64,000 bases of DNA, taken from the NCBI GenBank assembly GCA_964016885.1, contig OZ024748.1, forward strand, positions 30,380,001 to 30,444,000. The letters run 5' to 3'. The notes under the pieces are model-generated. The model ran no database searches. It had not been told where the DNA came from and worked only from the letters and a program-made list of their open reading frames with translations. This DNA is from Eledone cirrhosa (taxonomy: Eukaryota). A program made the translations under genes and the position numbers. This document shows positions 12,575 through 25,639 of this stretch, in pieces (positions within the stretch are counted from its first letter, which is position 1; each line of letters begins with the position of its first letter).

Positions 12575-13946
12575 TGGTTGATATTTAATAATAACAGCTA
12601 AACTAATCCCTTACAACTAAATTGCCCCCCCCCCACACACACACACACACATATATATATTATAGTTGTGAAGTTAGATCAGTGATTGAAGGTCTCGGAT
12701 TGTGATGTTTAAGGGCATTTATTCAGAGTGGTGTAGCTTCACGACAATAATAATATATAATGGTATAATTTAGGAAAAGTTTCTGCTTGTATTTTACGAA
12801 CATTAACTACGGCACTGTCTAGGAATACTTTAAAACCTACCGCCTCAGGTAGGCTGATACAAAAAATGGTTTAAAGTTTTATATTTTCTCTTTCTTTCTG
12901 TTTGTCTATATATACGTCTCTCTTTCTTTTTCTGTCTCTGTCACTCTCACTATGTCCTTCTCTATCTATCACTCGGTTACTGTGTCTCATCAACAAAATA
13001 TTTGAATACAGTTATCTCCACCTTCCGTTCTCCACGAGATGTCGCTACTGAATGGGGAGAGGGATGTACAAGCAGCAGCCCCATCAATGTAAAGGGAGAT
13101 AATCACAAGTTGAAAGTAACGAAAAAAACAAAAACTATCAAAACTATGAAGTTCTTCGACTGAGCAACATGGATAATTCGTGTTTAAGCTGGCGATAGTG
13201 AGTGTTGCCTTACCTGTGTGTATATATATATATACATACACCATACTATATGGCTTGAAATCACCAGATCGAAATATTTACCGAACCTTCCGTAATCAAT
13301 GTCAGAAATCTAAGACCGGAAAAATGAAGTAAGAATATGTAAAAAAAACTACAAAAAGCATAAAAAGATTAAAAAAAGGTAGAATCAAAAACACACAAAC
13401 AGCATTCTCAATCTTGATGCCTTTTTTTTACATTTACCCGTTTCTCTCTCTGTCCATCTCTTGGAATATCTTTCGTGAAAAACTTGCGAGGAATAATTAT
13501 GCGACCAAATGTTCTAATTACTAAAAGACTGGTGTGAAGAATACGAAGGAGACTTACTTGCCATTTTCTTTTAGTTTGGTTAAACTCTTGTTTTTGTTTG
13601 TTTGTTTGTGTTTATATATACCATATATATATATATATATATATATGGGTGAAGGTAGTTATATATATTTAGTTTTAACTTTATTTGAATTTTAGATAAG
13701 ATAAACGAAGTGAAGAGTAACGAAAAAAAAAAAGAAAACTTTTAAAGACTTGATAGACAAACATTCTTCGAGTTTAAGTACTTGTATCATCTCTAAGATA
13801 TATATTTTAAAGTTCTTATCTCTCGTCTTTTGGAAGATGCGTGAAAAGTAATTTTTTCTCTCTTCCCCTTTCCGTTTTTGTTAGAAAACAAGCAGGCTGG
13901 CATCCCTGCCATCTCTACTCAAATATATTTATAAGTGGTGTGTGTG

Positions 13947-15664
13947 ATGGAGTCTAAGGTGGTAGATGCCCAAAACCAGCATCCAGCAGCAGTTAGTAAC
14001 AGCTCTAGGAATACTACTACTACTAATAGTACTACTACTACTAGTAGTAGTAGTAACAGCAGTAATAATAGTACTAGTGTTGGCGGCGGTGGTGGTAGTG
14101 GCGTTGTAGGTAGTAGTAATAATGCTACTATAAACAGCACCAACTCATTGGGGTGTCCCCCAAACAACAGTGTCAGTAGTAGCAACAATAACAACAACAG
14201 TTGTGCCACCAACAACAACAACAATACCAACAACAGTAATTCTATAACAAACCAAACTAACAACTGCAATAAGAAAAACAGGGAAGTTAGCAATACTTCT
14301 GATGATCAGTGCTCCACGATTTCATCAAGTAAAATAGATAATGTTTGCTCGTCTTCAGACCTTGTAAACAACACGGCCCGCGGCGGCACTACTGTGACTC
14401 CTATAAAGCTACAAAAACCAAAGTGTGACTCAAACCAAGCGGATAATAATACAAACACACGGGAATCTCTGGAGGATAGTTGTGAAAGTTCGTCCTCTGC
14501 TACAAACCTATTTTCGTCGGTTTCGGGATTCGCCCAGTCGCACCCAATTGCTTCAAATGAAGGATCACATTTTCCCTCTTGCTACAACCACTGCACAAAT
14601 ACATCTGTATCAAACTCGAACCCTTCTCCCATTTATCCCTGTTCCTATTCAGTGCCTTTTTCTGATTTGAACACACACCGTCCGATAAGTGGAGGAGCAT
14701 CTTCGAATCCATCGATCGCCCGCAGTGCTGGTAATTCGAGCATTAGCGGTGGTCCTTACAACTGGCAGGCCTCCAAGATATCTGTCCGAGAAAGATTGGC
14801 CTACCTCTACAACAATGATATTATGAGCGATGTGAAGTTCCGTGTTGGCAAAGCTCCTGACTCGCAAATAATCCCAGCGCACAAGTTTGTACTATCTGTC
14901 GGTAGTGCTGTCTTTGATGCTCTTTTCAGTTGGATGAAAACCAGTAACCATACAAACGAAAACTTGATTGAAATACCGGATGTAGAATCCAGCGCCTTCT
15001 TGGCCCTGCTACGCTTCCTTTATTGCGACGAAGTCCAGATCGATCCCGAGACCGTTATGACTACTTTGTATGCCGCCAAGAAATATTCAGTACCAGCACT
15101 GGAGAAAGCATGTGTTGAGTTTTTGAAAGGCAACCTCTCCAGTGACAATGCCTTCTTGTTGCTCAGCCAAGCGAGACTGTTTGATGAGTCACATCTGGCC
15201 TCCCTCTGCCTAGAAACAATTGATAAAAATACTTCGGAGGCCCTCGCTGCCGAAGGCTTCACCGATATAGACATTGATACTATGGCCGTGGTTCTTGAGA
15301 GAGATTCTCTAGGTGTTCGTGAATGTAAATTGTTCACGGCGGTTTGTCGTTGGGCCGAGGCGGAATGTCTGCGACAAAATCTGACAGTTACGCCAGTTAA
15401 CCAAAGGAAGGTTCTTGGTAAAGCACTCCATCTTATCAGATTCCCACTGATGTCTGTCGAGGAGTTTGCCAGGGACTCTGCACAATCTGGTATCCTTTTA
15501 GACAGAGAAGTTGTAGATCTTTTCCTCTATTTTACCACTTCAAAGCCGACATCCAGCTTTTCTGATGTGCCCCGTTGCAGTTTGACTGGTAAAGAACAAG
15601 TGATTTCGCGGTTCTGTCAAATTGAGAGCCGATGGGGATACAGTGGTACAAGTGATCGAATCAG
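13947..15664 (+). CDS. BTBD2: BTBD1/BTBD2-like protein, coding exon 1 (low-complexity N-terminus, BTB, BACK, start of PHR)
   Basis: [69 protein letters not shown]. Donor AG|GTCAGT, phase 2. The symbol is family-level (pre-duplication BTBD1/2). Confidence 0.92.
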
Positions 15665-15838
15665 GTCAGTAATATTCTTATTTTTTTCTAAATCAGTCGG
15701 TTATGTTTAAGAATTTAAAGTGTGGTCTTTATAAATGTATCATTACTCCATTATTTTTATTTCTCGTAGAAATATATTGTCATGTAAACACTCACACTAA
15801 CTATCATTTATAAATATATTACTTTTCTTAAATCGTTG

Positions 15839-15952
<114 letters not shown>

Positions 15953-16103
15953 ATATTAATAAATGGAAACTATATTTATAAAACCATATATATAGTTTCC
16001 ATTTATTAATATATTGTATATTTACTCCACTAATCTGTTGAGTGCTTTATCTCAGTTATAAAAATTTTTAAGCTTGTTGAATCCCAACAAATTAAATATA
16101 ACC

Positions 16104-16160
<57 letters not shown>

Positions 16161-16322
16161 CATGTATTAAATGTTGGAGAAAACAACAATGATTTTTGAA
16201 TACATATAATTATTGGCTGACAACTTGTTTCGGACATTAAATCATCAATATGCACGTTGCTTAACTAATCGCCTATTTCTCCTCTTTGATTGGTTTACTT
16301 GCTTAATATTTGATATATAATT

Positions 16323-17161
16323 CTGATGTGGGCGGGATATGGCGTGGCCAGCTGGCCAGATCCTCCTCATAACGGCTCCACCCAGGGCTCTACTATAAGC
16401 AAGGCTTGGTGAGACCAACTGGCCAGATCCTCCTCATAATGAGTCCACTCTGATCCCAAAATACAGTAACAGTCCCGATGCGTGCAAGGTACAGCGTGGC
16501 CATCAGGCCAGACTTTGCTCATATCGAGCCCACACAGTAACACTCCTTTATGAGTAAGGCTTAGGGTGGCCAACTGGCACAACCTCTCTCATAATGGGTC
16601 CACACAGATCCCAAATTATGGTTTTGATGTGAGCAGGGTACAGCGCGGTCAACTTGGTCAGACTCTCCTCATTATGTTGTCAACCAGGGCTCCACTATGA
16701 GTAAAGTTTGGTGCAGCTAACTGGCACAACTGCCATCATAATGAGTCCACCCAGATCCCAAATCACAGCAACAGTCCCAATATTTTGCAAGGTACAGCGT
16801 GGCCATCTGGTCAGACTTTCCAGTAACACAGCCCCACTATGAGTAAGACTTGGCGTGGCCAACTGGCCAGACCTTCCTCATAATGGGACCACCTGGCTCC
16901 CAAACTATAGTTCCGTTGTGAGCAGGGTACGGCGTGGCCGACTGGCCTGCCTCTCCTCATAACGGTGCCATCCAGTTCTACACTGTAAATGTAGTTGGTG
17001 TTAGGAAGAACACCCAGCTGTAAACATCCATGCCAAATTTACAGTTCCGTCTGAGCAAGGTATGGCACAGCCAACTGGTCAGACTTCTCTCATGATGTGG
17101 GTGACCCGTCTAACTCATGCAAGCGTGGAAAATAGACGTTAAACGGTGATGATGATGAGGA

Positions 17162-17165
<4 letters not shown>
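16323..17165 (+). repeat. GC-rich degenerate tandem array ending in an RTE-type tail
   Basis: About 10 recurrences of GCGTGGCCAACTGGCCAGAC..CTCATAATG, ending GCAAGCGTGGAAAATAGACGTTAAACGGTGATGATGATGA. Confidence 0.6.
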
Positions 17166-17206
<41 letters not shown>

Positions 17207-17215
17207 GATTGAACA

Positions 17216-17430
17216 TTAACCCTTTTGTTATATTTCTAATGAAAGTCACTGCTCATGATTCTCAAATCATTTTGATAATATCCAATAATTTGGAGAAAAT
17301 AAGTGAGCTGGTGTTCGGAACATATCTTATGAACAGGTTCTAACATATAATTATCATGGTAAATGATTTGATAAATATATAAAGTTTTGTATTTGTAGAA
17401 CCATGGTCGGTTTGGTATCAAAAGGGTCAA
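17216..17430. mobile_element. TTAA-flanked MITE (piggyBac-like ends)
   Basis: TTAA-CCCTTTTG...CAAAAGGG-TCAA, with related copies at ~27720-27935 and 33659-33874. Confidence 0.55.
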
Positions 17431-17699
17431 ACAGTGAAAATGTAAACATGTTTAAAAACATTGAATCCCTTTATACTCAGATTAACGAAAATTAATATAT
17501 ACACACACACACACAAAAAACATTATTTTGTTTGTACACAGAAAACATGTTTTTCGCAATGAGCTTTTATTTATACATACTTTAAACCTACTTAAGGTGT
17601 ATACTCTGTGTTGTGTTTAAAATACTTATTATAAAATCGAGAATTTCTGTTTATATGAAGATAATTGATTAAAAACTAAATTTTTAAAAATGTCTACTC

Positions 17700-20200
17700 A
17701 TCAACACTTTTGTCTTAGCTAGGTTCAGTCAGTCCTCTTGATTCCAACTGCTGTTTCCATAGCCAGAATTTATTCTCTAGCTCCTCTACTGATTCTGCTA
17801 TAAGAACCAGATCGTCAGCATAGAGAAGTTCCCGTGGACAGCCAGTCTTAAACTCCTCTGTTATGGCTTGGAGGACTATAATGAACAAGAGCGGGCTGAT
17901 GACCAAACCCTGATGTACTCCTACTTCTATCTGGAATTCCTCACTAAACACCGTTCTTACCCTCACTTTACTGACATCTGTACATAGCTTGCACTGTCCT
18001 CACAAGCCATTCCTCGACACCTAGTTTCCTTAGGGACCACCAGGCGACAGATCGGGGTACCCTATCAAAGGCCTTCTCTAGATCAACAAAAGCTAAGTGG
18101 CTTATTCTAGTGGCTTATTCTTCTCTAAGAACCTGTCTTGTAGTTGTTTCACTAAGAAGAGGGCATCTGTTTTACCAAAACCAAACTGCATCTCATCTAG
18201 TTTGACCCTTTCTCTAATTAATTGCGCTAATATTCTTTCTGCCACTTTCATAACCTGATCTATCAGTTTTATGCCCCTATAATTGCTCCTCTCCAGAGCA
18301 TCCCCTTTACCTTTATGAGAATACTGCTGCACCAGTCTTTGGGTATGACACCGCCATATATAGCCTGATTGATGATGCGTGCAACCAGTTTAGTGCCTAC
18401 GTCCCCTGATGCCTTCAGCATCTCAGCAACTATCCCCGACGGTCCAGCAGCCTTAACCATTTTTCATTTCCTTAATCGCCTCTTGGACCCTATATTTGAC
18501 AATCTCAATAGCTGGTCGCTCTGTCGGATCCACTGGGAGTAATTTCTCTCTCTCCCATTCGTTCTCCACATTCATCAGTCTCTCATAATGATATTTCCAT
18601 GCCTCCTTTTTCTGATCATTCGTGACACTAAGTACACCGGCATCATTCCGGACACACTTATCTCCAACAACATCCTGATTTGCACTGACACACTGCCTTG
18701 CAATGCGGAACACTGCATGTCTCTGATCTTCCCGTCACAGAACATTGGCAAACCTCCTACTCTCAGCCTCCCTGCGTGCTAAGTACCCCTGACGTCTAGC
18801 TTCTCTCTTAGCGGCTGTGTATCCTTCTCTACTCACACCATTTTTCCAAGCGTTTCATGCTAGTCTTTTGTCTCTAATGGCCGTATCTACCGTGCTGTTC
18901 CACCACCAGGTCACTCTCTGTCTGGTTGGAGCTCTGCTCCAGCCACAGGTTTCTTCAGTAGCCTGCAGTAAGTTGTCAAGTAAGAAATTCCAGTTATCAT
19001 CTATGTCATACAACTCTAAATCGTCTTCTTTTTCGTCATACACATCTTGAAGGGTTTCCTAAATTTATATTTTAGTGAAAGGTCTTTTAGCTTCCAGACC
19101 ATTCCTTTCCACACCTTCCTGTATGTCTCATTCTGTCTCTTGCTTACTGAGATATTACTAACGACTAACCTATGCTGTGGGGTACATTCTTCCCCAGGGT
19201 ATGCCTTGGTATTTGACACCATCTCTATGTCTTGCTGCCTAACTAGCAAGAAGTTAATCTGGTTTATGTGCTCGCCTGATTTGTAGGTTGGCAGGTTTCT
19301 GGAAGTTAGTGTTGCAAATGGTTAGTGCACTTGCATCACAAAATTCAAGAAGCCTCACTCCATCATTTCTTGAGCCATAAACGTGCCCACCATGTACCTT
19401 AGTGTAACCATCCTGGAGCTGTCCAACATGACCATTGAAGTCCCCTGCTAGCATAACGATGTCTCCTTCCTCTGTCATTGCGGCTGTTTGTAAAAGTTGC
19501 TCGTAAAAGCAGTCTTTCTCTTCTTTACCTAGGCCTGCCTGGGGAGCATAGGCAGAGATGATTGTCAGTAATCTCTTGCCTACAACTAATCTAAGCTTAA
19601 TTATTCGATTACTAACTCTAACTACCTCTATTGTCTTATCAATCCATCTCTCAACCAGTAAAATGCCTACCCCATCTAACCCATCTAACCCATCATCATT
19701 GCTACCCAGAAAAGCTTATAACTAAGATGCTTGCCTGCGATTAGTCTTGCAGAGGCACTTCTCCATCTCACTTCTTGCACGCAGCACACATCCACATGCC
19801 TTCTCTCCAGCATCCCCCCTATCTCACCTGATCTACCTGTTAGAGTGCCAACATTAAGTGTGGCAACTCTGAGATGCAACGTCTTCATATTCTTGTTCTT
19901 TTTCCTGTTGTGCGATTGCTTGATGACAGTTGAGGAGTTCTCGCACATGGCCGCACCAGCCACCCCACTACCGTGCGCAGCCCTAACATGGTTAGTGTTA
20001 TTGATGTTGACGCAGTTGTTGCAATTCATAGTTTTTGGCAATAGTATATATACTGGTTGGATGCTCTTCCTAACACCAGTACGACTTTACAGCATGGACT
20101 GGGTGCTTTTATTCGTGCCACCAGCACTAGAGAGGTCGTCTTACTGGATTCAGGGGACACTTCTACCCCGCACCAATTTATTCGGAGTGGTAGCTCTTCT
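17700..20200 (-). mobile_element. RTE LINE, 5'UTR plus APE endonuclease plus partial RT, frameshifted
   Basis: VATLNVGTLTGRS..VCCVQEVRW; AGDFNGHVG; PQHRLVV; NYRGIKL; VGVHQG..LLYADDL. Confidence 0.92.
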
Positions 20201-20214
20201 AATATATATATATA

Positions 20215-21680
20215 TATCATCATCATCATCATCATACATCCATTCTTCCACGCTAGTATGGGTTAGACGGGTTGTCCTGTTGTGGGCAATGCCAGGTCAG
20301 GTGACTGTCTTGCTCATACGGGAACTGATTTTGGCTTGATTTCTTAACAACAACCTCATTTGCAGTGAGTATTGGGTGCTTTTTTACTGTGGCACCTACA
20401 CAACCACTTTACAGTGGGGAGGAGGTGGGGGCATATTGTCTGTATGCTTCAGCTTTGGCTTGTACCCGTAGGAAGTTGGGTCTTCTGTATTACCAGAGGT
20501 CTCGGTCCTGTATCATCGCCTTTGAGAGGTGCAATTGGGCATGGTCAGCTTTTATCACCTCATCCTAGGTCTTCTTGGGTCTCCCCACCCCAAGGCTTCC
20601 ATCAACTTCTAGTACTCTGCACCTTTTTATGCAGCTGTCATCCTTCATATGCATCACATGTCCATACCAACGCAACCACCTCTCCTGCACATAGCATTTG
20701 ATTACTATTACACATCCATCGGAGCATGCAAGCTTCGTTTCTTTCTAATCTACGCAAGTGTTCTACACACAGCGCCCAGGTCTCACTACCATGTAACATT
20801 GCTGTTTGTATGCACGCATCATACAGTCTGCCTTTCATTTTGAGGGAAAAGCCTTTTGCAGTTAGCAGTGGTAGTAGCTCCCTGAACTTCTTCCATCCCT
20901 TTCTTACCCTGGTTACTTCAGTCACCTAGGTAGCAGAAGCTGTCTACTGAGCAAGGCCATTTCCCTGAGGGGATCTGGGTTCTGATTTCTCGTCTACTTA
21001 CTAGGAACTTAGTATTTGTCAGGTTGACTTTAATACTCCTTCTTTCTAGTCTCTGCTTCCATGTTTGGAATTTCTTCTCTAGTTCCGCCATAGATTCAAA
21101 GATCATCCGCATACACAAGTTCCCATGGGCTTCCGGTCTTAAACTCCACTGTTATAGTCTGCAATACTATAATAAACAGGAGAGGGCTAAGAACAGAGCC
21201 CTGGTGGACACTGACCTGTATGCTAAATTCCTTACTATAGTCATTGTTAACCCTCGCTTTGCTGACTGATCCCCTATACATGGCTTGTACAGCTTTCACA
21301 AGCCATTCATCTACTCCTAGTTTTCTCAGAGCCCACCAGATTATAGCACGAGGCACTCTGTCGAAGGCTTTTTTCAGGTCGATGAATGCCCGGTAGAGCG
21401 GCTTACTTTTAGTTAGATACTTTTCCTGTAACTGCCTCACAAGGAAGAGGGCATCAGTGGTGCTTTTTCCTGGCACAAACACAAACTGCATCTCATCTAG
21501 TTTTACCCAGTCCCTAATAAGCTGTGCTATAACTCTTTCCGTTACTTTCTTGACCTGGTCATTCAGCTTTATACCTCTAGTTTCCACTATCTAGTGCATC
21601 TCTTTTACCCTTGTTGACAATGGTGTTGCTGCGCCAATCCTTTGGTATGACACCCTCTAGTATTACCTGGTTAACAATAT
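20215..21680 (-). mobile_element. RTE LINE, RT to 3'UTR and TGA tail
   Basis: FIDLKKAFDRVPR..HQGSVLSPLLF..YADDL; KGRLYDACIQTAMLHGSETWA; tail GATGATGATGA at ~20215-20235. Confidence 0.9.
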
Positions 21681-22493
21681 GTGTGGTTATGTATATTGGG
21701 TGTCTGATCTATATACACTAGTCATAGACACGCACACATATATACACATGCACTCACATATATATTTACTCAAAATGGACATTCTACATAGTGTAACACT
21801 TAATATGTCAGTGGTTCTTCCCTATATATTTTGTCATGGAAACCTTAAACGTTTTTTCCCAAAAATGTTTTTAGACTATCCCCACCACTATAATTTTGAA
21901 ATAAAATAGAAAGTCTTATAAATAGTATTTATTTATTCACAAAAAAAACTAACAAAACATATTTTATCGAAAGCTGCTGCCTTATCTGGTGGAACCGACT
22001 TTAGTAAACAACAAACTACATATTAATGTCTCCATCGCTGAACCTTCTTTCCTAATAAATTTTCTCAATAGTGCATACTTTTTTAATTAAATTTTTACAA
22101 AGCTATGTTTTTCGAAGGTGTAAATTTTCAGTTATATTCATAAAATTATGGAACAAAAACAAGACCAAATTAAAAAAAGATATTTTTTTCATTTTGAATT
22201 AAAACCTAATAATAATAACTTGACTAATACAGTTAATTTCTATTACAACTAATTACTTATCTAGTATACTAACATTCTAAATCTAGTTAAAATCAAATTA
22301 GATATTACATGACTGACTAAACTCATATTCTAACCCTTCTGATACCAACCATATGAAACCTCCCTGCTTCTACATTACAAAGCTGTTTATTCTAAAGTGT
22401 TTATCTAAAAAACTTTCCTCTCCAGAAATAAAGAAAAATATGACTAATAGTTGTAAGATATGCATTGATAATGTTTCAATTATTCACACTTTA

Positions 22494-22544
<51 letters not shown>

Positions 22545-23134
22545 TTAATAGTTTGACTTAACTCTGCACAACCAGTGGTTTCAAGACGAAAACATGTCTG
22601 AATATATATTACCCAGCATGGTGATTGCTGACAGACTGACTGACAGTACATGTTTTCTCCTTTGAAGAACTAAAGTAGTTATCTGGCTAATATATCAATT
22701 CTAAGATTAGTTTTAATCAATGTTTTGCTTCACTACAAGACATGCTAAGCTGTTAAGCAACCAAACATGGATTTTTCTTCTTCTTTGTGACCTTTTTTTC
22801 TGTGATATTCTGCTACCAAAAGAGAGAGAGAAAGAAATATTTTAAAAACATCATCTCTTCTTCAAAACATTCTTTCTCTTCCCACCACACCCACTTAGCA
22901 TCAGTTATTAAATTCTGAATTATTTGTTTTTTTGTTGTTGTTTTAGCTAGCTCTTAGTGGTATATTTGTACTTTCATATTATCCATAGTAAATTTTGAAA
23001 TATTTGTTGTTGTAATTGTTGTTTCAGTCAGCTCTCAGTGCTATATTTGTACTTTCATATTCTTTAAAATTCTGAAAAATTTGTTGTCTCAGTTTAAATT
23101 TGTACTTACCTCTCAGATGAGCTGTGGGTCGCAT

Positions 23135-23520
23135 TTTTCAGTGCAAGCTATGTACAGAGGAGCTGTCAGTAAAGTGAGGAATTCCAGATACAAGTAGGAG
23201 TACATCAGGGTTCAGTCCTCAGCCCGCTCTTGTCTTCCAGAGGAGTTTAAGACTGGCTGCCCATGAGAACTTCTCTATGATCTGATTCTTATAGCAGAAT
23301 CAGTAGAGGAGTTAGAGAAGAAATTCTGGCTATGGAAACACCATTTGCAATCAAGAGGACTGAGAGTGAACATAGCTAAGACAAAAGTGTTGATAATTAG
23401 AAAAGAGAACAAAAGTCTGATTCCATCAGGGAGATGGCCATGTTCGATATGTAGAAAATGAACTGGCATAAATTATATAAAATGTACACAATGCGGATCT
23501 TGGGTACACAAGAGATGTGA
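23135..23520 (+). mobile_element. RTE LINE RT fragment (sense)
   Basis: VQAMYRGAVSKVR..VGVHQGSVLSP..AESVEELEKKFWLWK..GRWPCSIC. Close reverse-complement match to 17700-17995. Confidence 0.85.
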
Positions 23521-23595
23521 ATATGATGATGATCTTGCAACTGATCATGTTAGGTTGGCACATTTTTCATATATTGTGTTCTTTCTGATTTCCAG

Positions 23596-23683
23596 GTTTA
23601 TGGTAAATCGACGCATTTTTGTTGTTGGTTTTGGACTCTACGGCAGCATACATGGCCCCACAGATTACCTGGTTAACATTGAA
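23596..23683 (+). CDS. BTBD2: BTBD1/2-like exon 2 (PHR domain)
   Basis: ttccAG|[30 protein letters not shown]|GTAAGT. 88 nt, phase-consistent. Confidence 0.93.
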
Positions 23684-24041
23684 GTAAGTTGGGTATTTTT
23701 TTAGTTTCTTATGACAAGGCTCTTTAAAAAGATTTTGTTTTGCATTTTTTTTTTTATTGCAGTTAATGGAAATGATATATTTGAGCATTTTCATCATCTT
23801 CATCACTGTTTAACGTCCATTTTTCATGCTAGTTGAAATAAAAGACAGTATGGTACTTGGTTCAGGAATTGGCCTTATGATCATGAGTCCAACACCCTAA
23901 CCACTAGGCCACATTTTATTTGGTGATGTCAGAGAAGCTATGAAATAAAAATTTCTATATCTGTAATATTTTAAAGGAATTTCACTTATTTGGGTTTTTA
24001 ATTGGCTATTTTTGTTTCCCTGCTTTCTTTTCTTCAACTAG

Positions 24042-24188
24042 TTACTTCATGCTGACACGGGTAAAGTTGTTGGTCAGAATAACAGCAGCTTCCATTGTGA
24101 TGGATCCACTTCAACCTTCAGAGTCCTATTTAAAAAACCATTGGAAGTATTACCTAACGTTAGTTACACAGCATGTACCACCTTAAAG
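24042..24188 (+). CDS. BTBD2: BTBD1/2-like exon 3
   Basis: ctAG|LLHADTGKVVGQNNSSFHCDGSTSTFRVLFKKPLEVLPNVSYTACTTLK|GTAACT. 147 nt. Confidence 0.93.
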
Positions 24189-25480
24189 GTAACTATACTT
24201 TCTTTTTCTCCTCTCTTCTCTTAGTATTAACTCTTTGGCCACCACTCCCTTTCAAATTACACTCTCGGGGGCGCTTTTGTCTTAAAAGAATAGAGATAGT
24301 TTATAGTGAAGAGGACTATTTAGCCATGCAGGGCTTAAAGCTACCTCACTAGTGTTGGCACCATGATAAAAAGAACCCAGTAAATTTTGTTTAAGGGATA
24401 TTAATCAAATGGAGATATCATAAAGTAGAGAAGTCTCATTAGTCTTGTTAAGGACACAACCTCTCTAGTTCTGGTGTTATATAAGATGCACCAAGTACAC
24501 TCTGTATAAGGGTTGGCAGTTGAAGAGAGAAGTTAAAGGTTAGAGAAGTTTTCTCAGTCTTGTCAAGGATATGCCAATCTCTCTAGTGCTGGTGTTGCTA
24601 TAAAATGCACCTAGTACACTTTGTCTAGGGGATGGTGTTAGGAAGGGCATCTAGCGTGTTATGTTCCAACAGCTAATATACCAACTGTAAACACTGACCA
24701 TATGTTTGGAAAGCCAACATATTGGTTAAGTTGTTAAAACGTTGGATAGAATCCTTTGCAGTACTTGTTCTGCTCAGTGATCATATGTTTGGAGAGTTGA
24801 CTTATAATGTAGGTATGAGTCTAACAGAGGCAACAAATTGACAGTCATTTGTACATTGGATAGAATACTTTGTGATATTCATTCTAGCTCTCTGTGCTCT
24901 AAGTTCAAATCCAGCTGAAGTCAACTTTGCCTTTCATCCTTTTGAGCTCGATAAATAAAGTAGCAGTCTAGTACTAGAAACGTTTCTGTCTCTCTCCAGG
25001 TTTAAATGCCTAAGACATGCCATATATCTCTATGGCACTCCTGTCTTTAGATAGTTTCTGCTAAATCTTTACAGGATGTTAAGAGTTAAACAAAGACAGG
25101 GGTACTTTACCTGATTTATTCAACTTTTATTTATAGTTATTAGCTATTATAGTTAAGTTATCTACATTCTGTTGACAAGATTTTCAAATTTCCCAATGCT
25201 TCATAAGTCAACCAGATGTTTAGACTTCTAGGTTCATGCATAAATGTTCTAAATAGATAGTAATTAATGACCAGAGGCTCTTTGATGTAACAGTTAAATG
25301 CACTCATCTGGTATACATGAGATGTGGGGTTTGATTTCTCACCCTCTTCAGTGATACTTTTACATGATTTATTCATCTATTATAGTTATTTGCACTGCAG
25401 CGCCTATATTTTCATGTTTCAAAATTTCCTAATGTTTCATATGTTAACCAAGTGTTTACGCTTTCATTTTATTTTCCAAG

Positions 25481-25639
25481 GGTCCTGATTCTTACTATGG
25501 CTCCCGAGGATTGCGACGAGTGACTCATGAGACTGTTTCAAGTGGCAAAGTCACATTTCAGTTCACCTATGCAACAGGAAACAACAACGGCACATCAATA
25601 GAGGATGGCCAGATACCAGAGATTATATTTTACACATAA
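25481..25639 (+). CDS. BTBD2: BTBD1/2-like exon 4 (terminal)
   Basis: ccaAG|[37 protein letters not shown], matching the known BTBD1/2 C-terminus. Confidence 0.95.
   Translation, partial: GPDSYYGSRGLRRVTHETVSSGKVTFQFTYATGNNNGTSIEDGQIPEIIFYT

Noticed and set aside
13919-14293. Leu/Val-rich minus-strand ORF
   Set aside because: Antisense shadow of the BTBD low-complexity region.
20090-20200. Possible HDV-like ribozyme at the RTE 5' end
   Set aside because: Could not build P1/P2/P3/P1.1 by eye; a descriptor search is needed.
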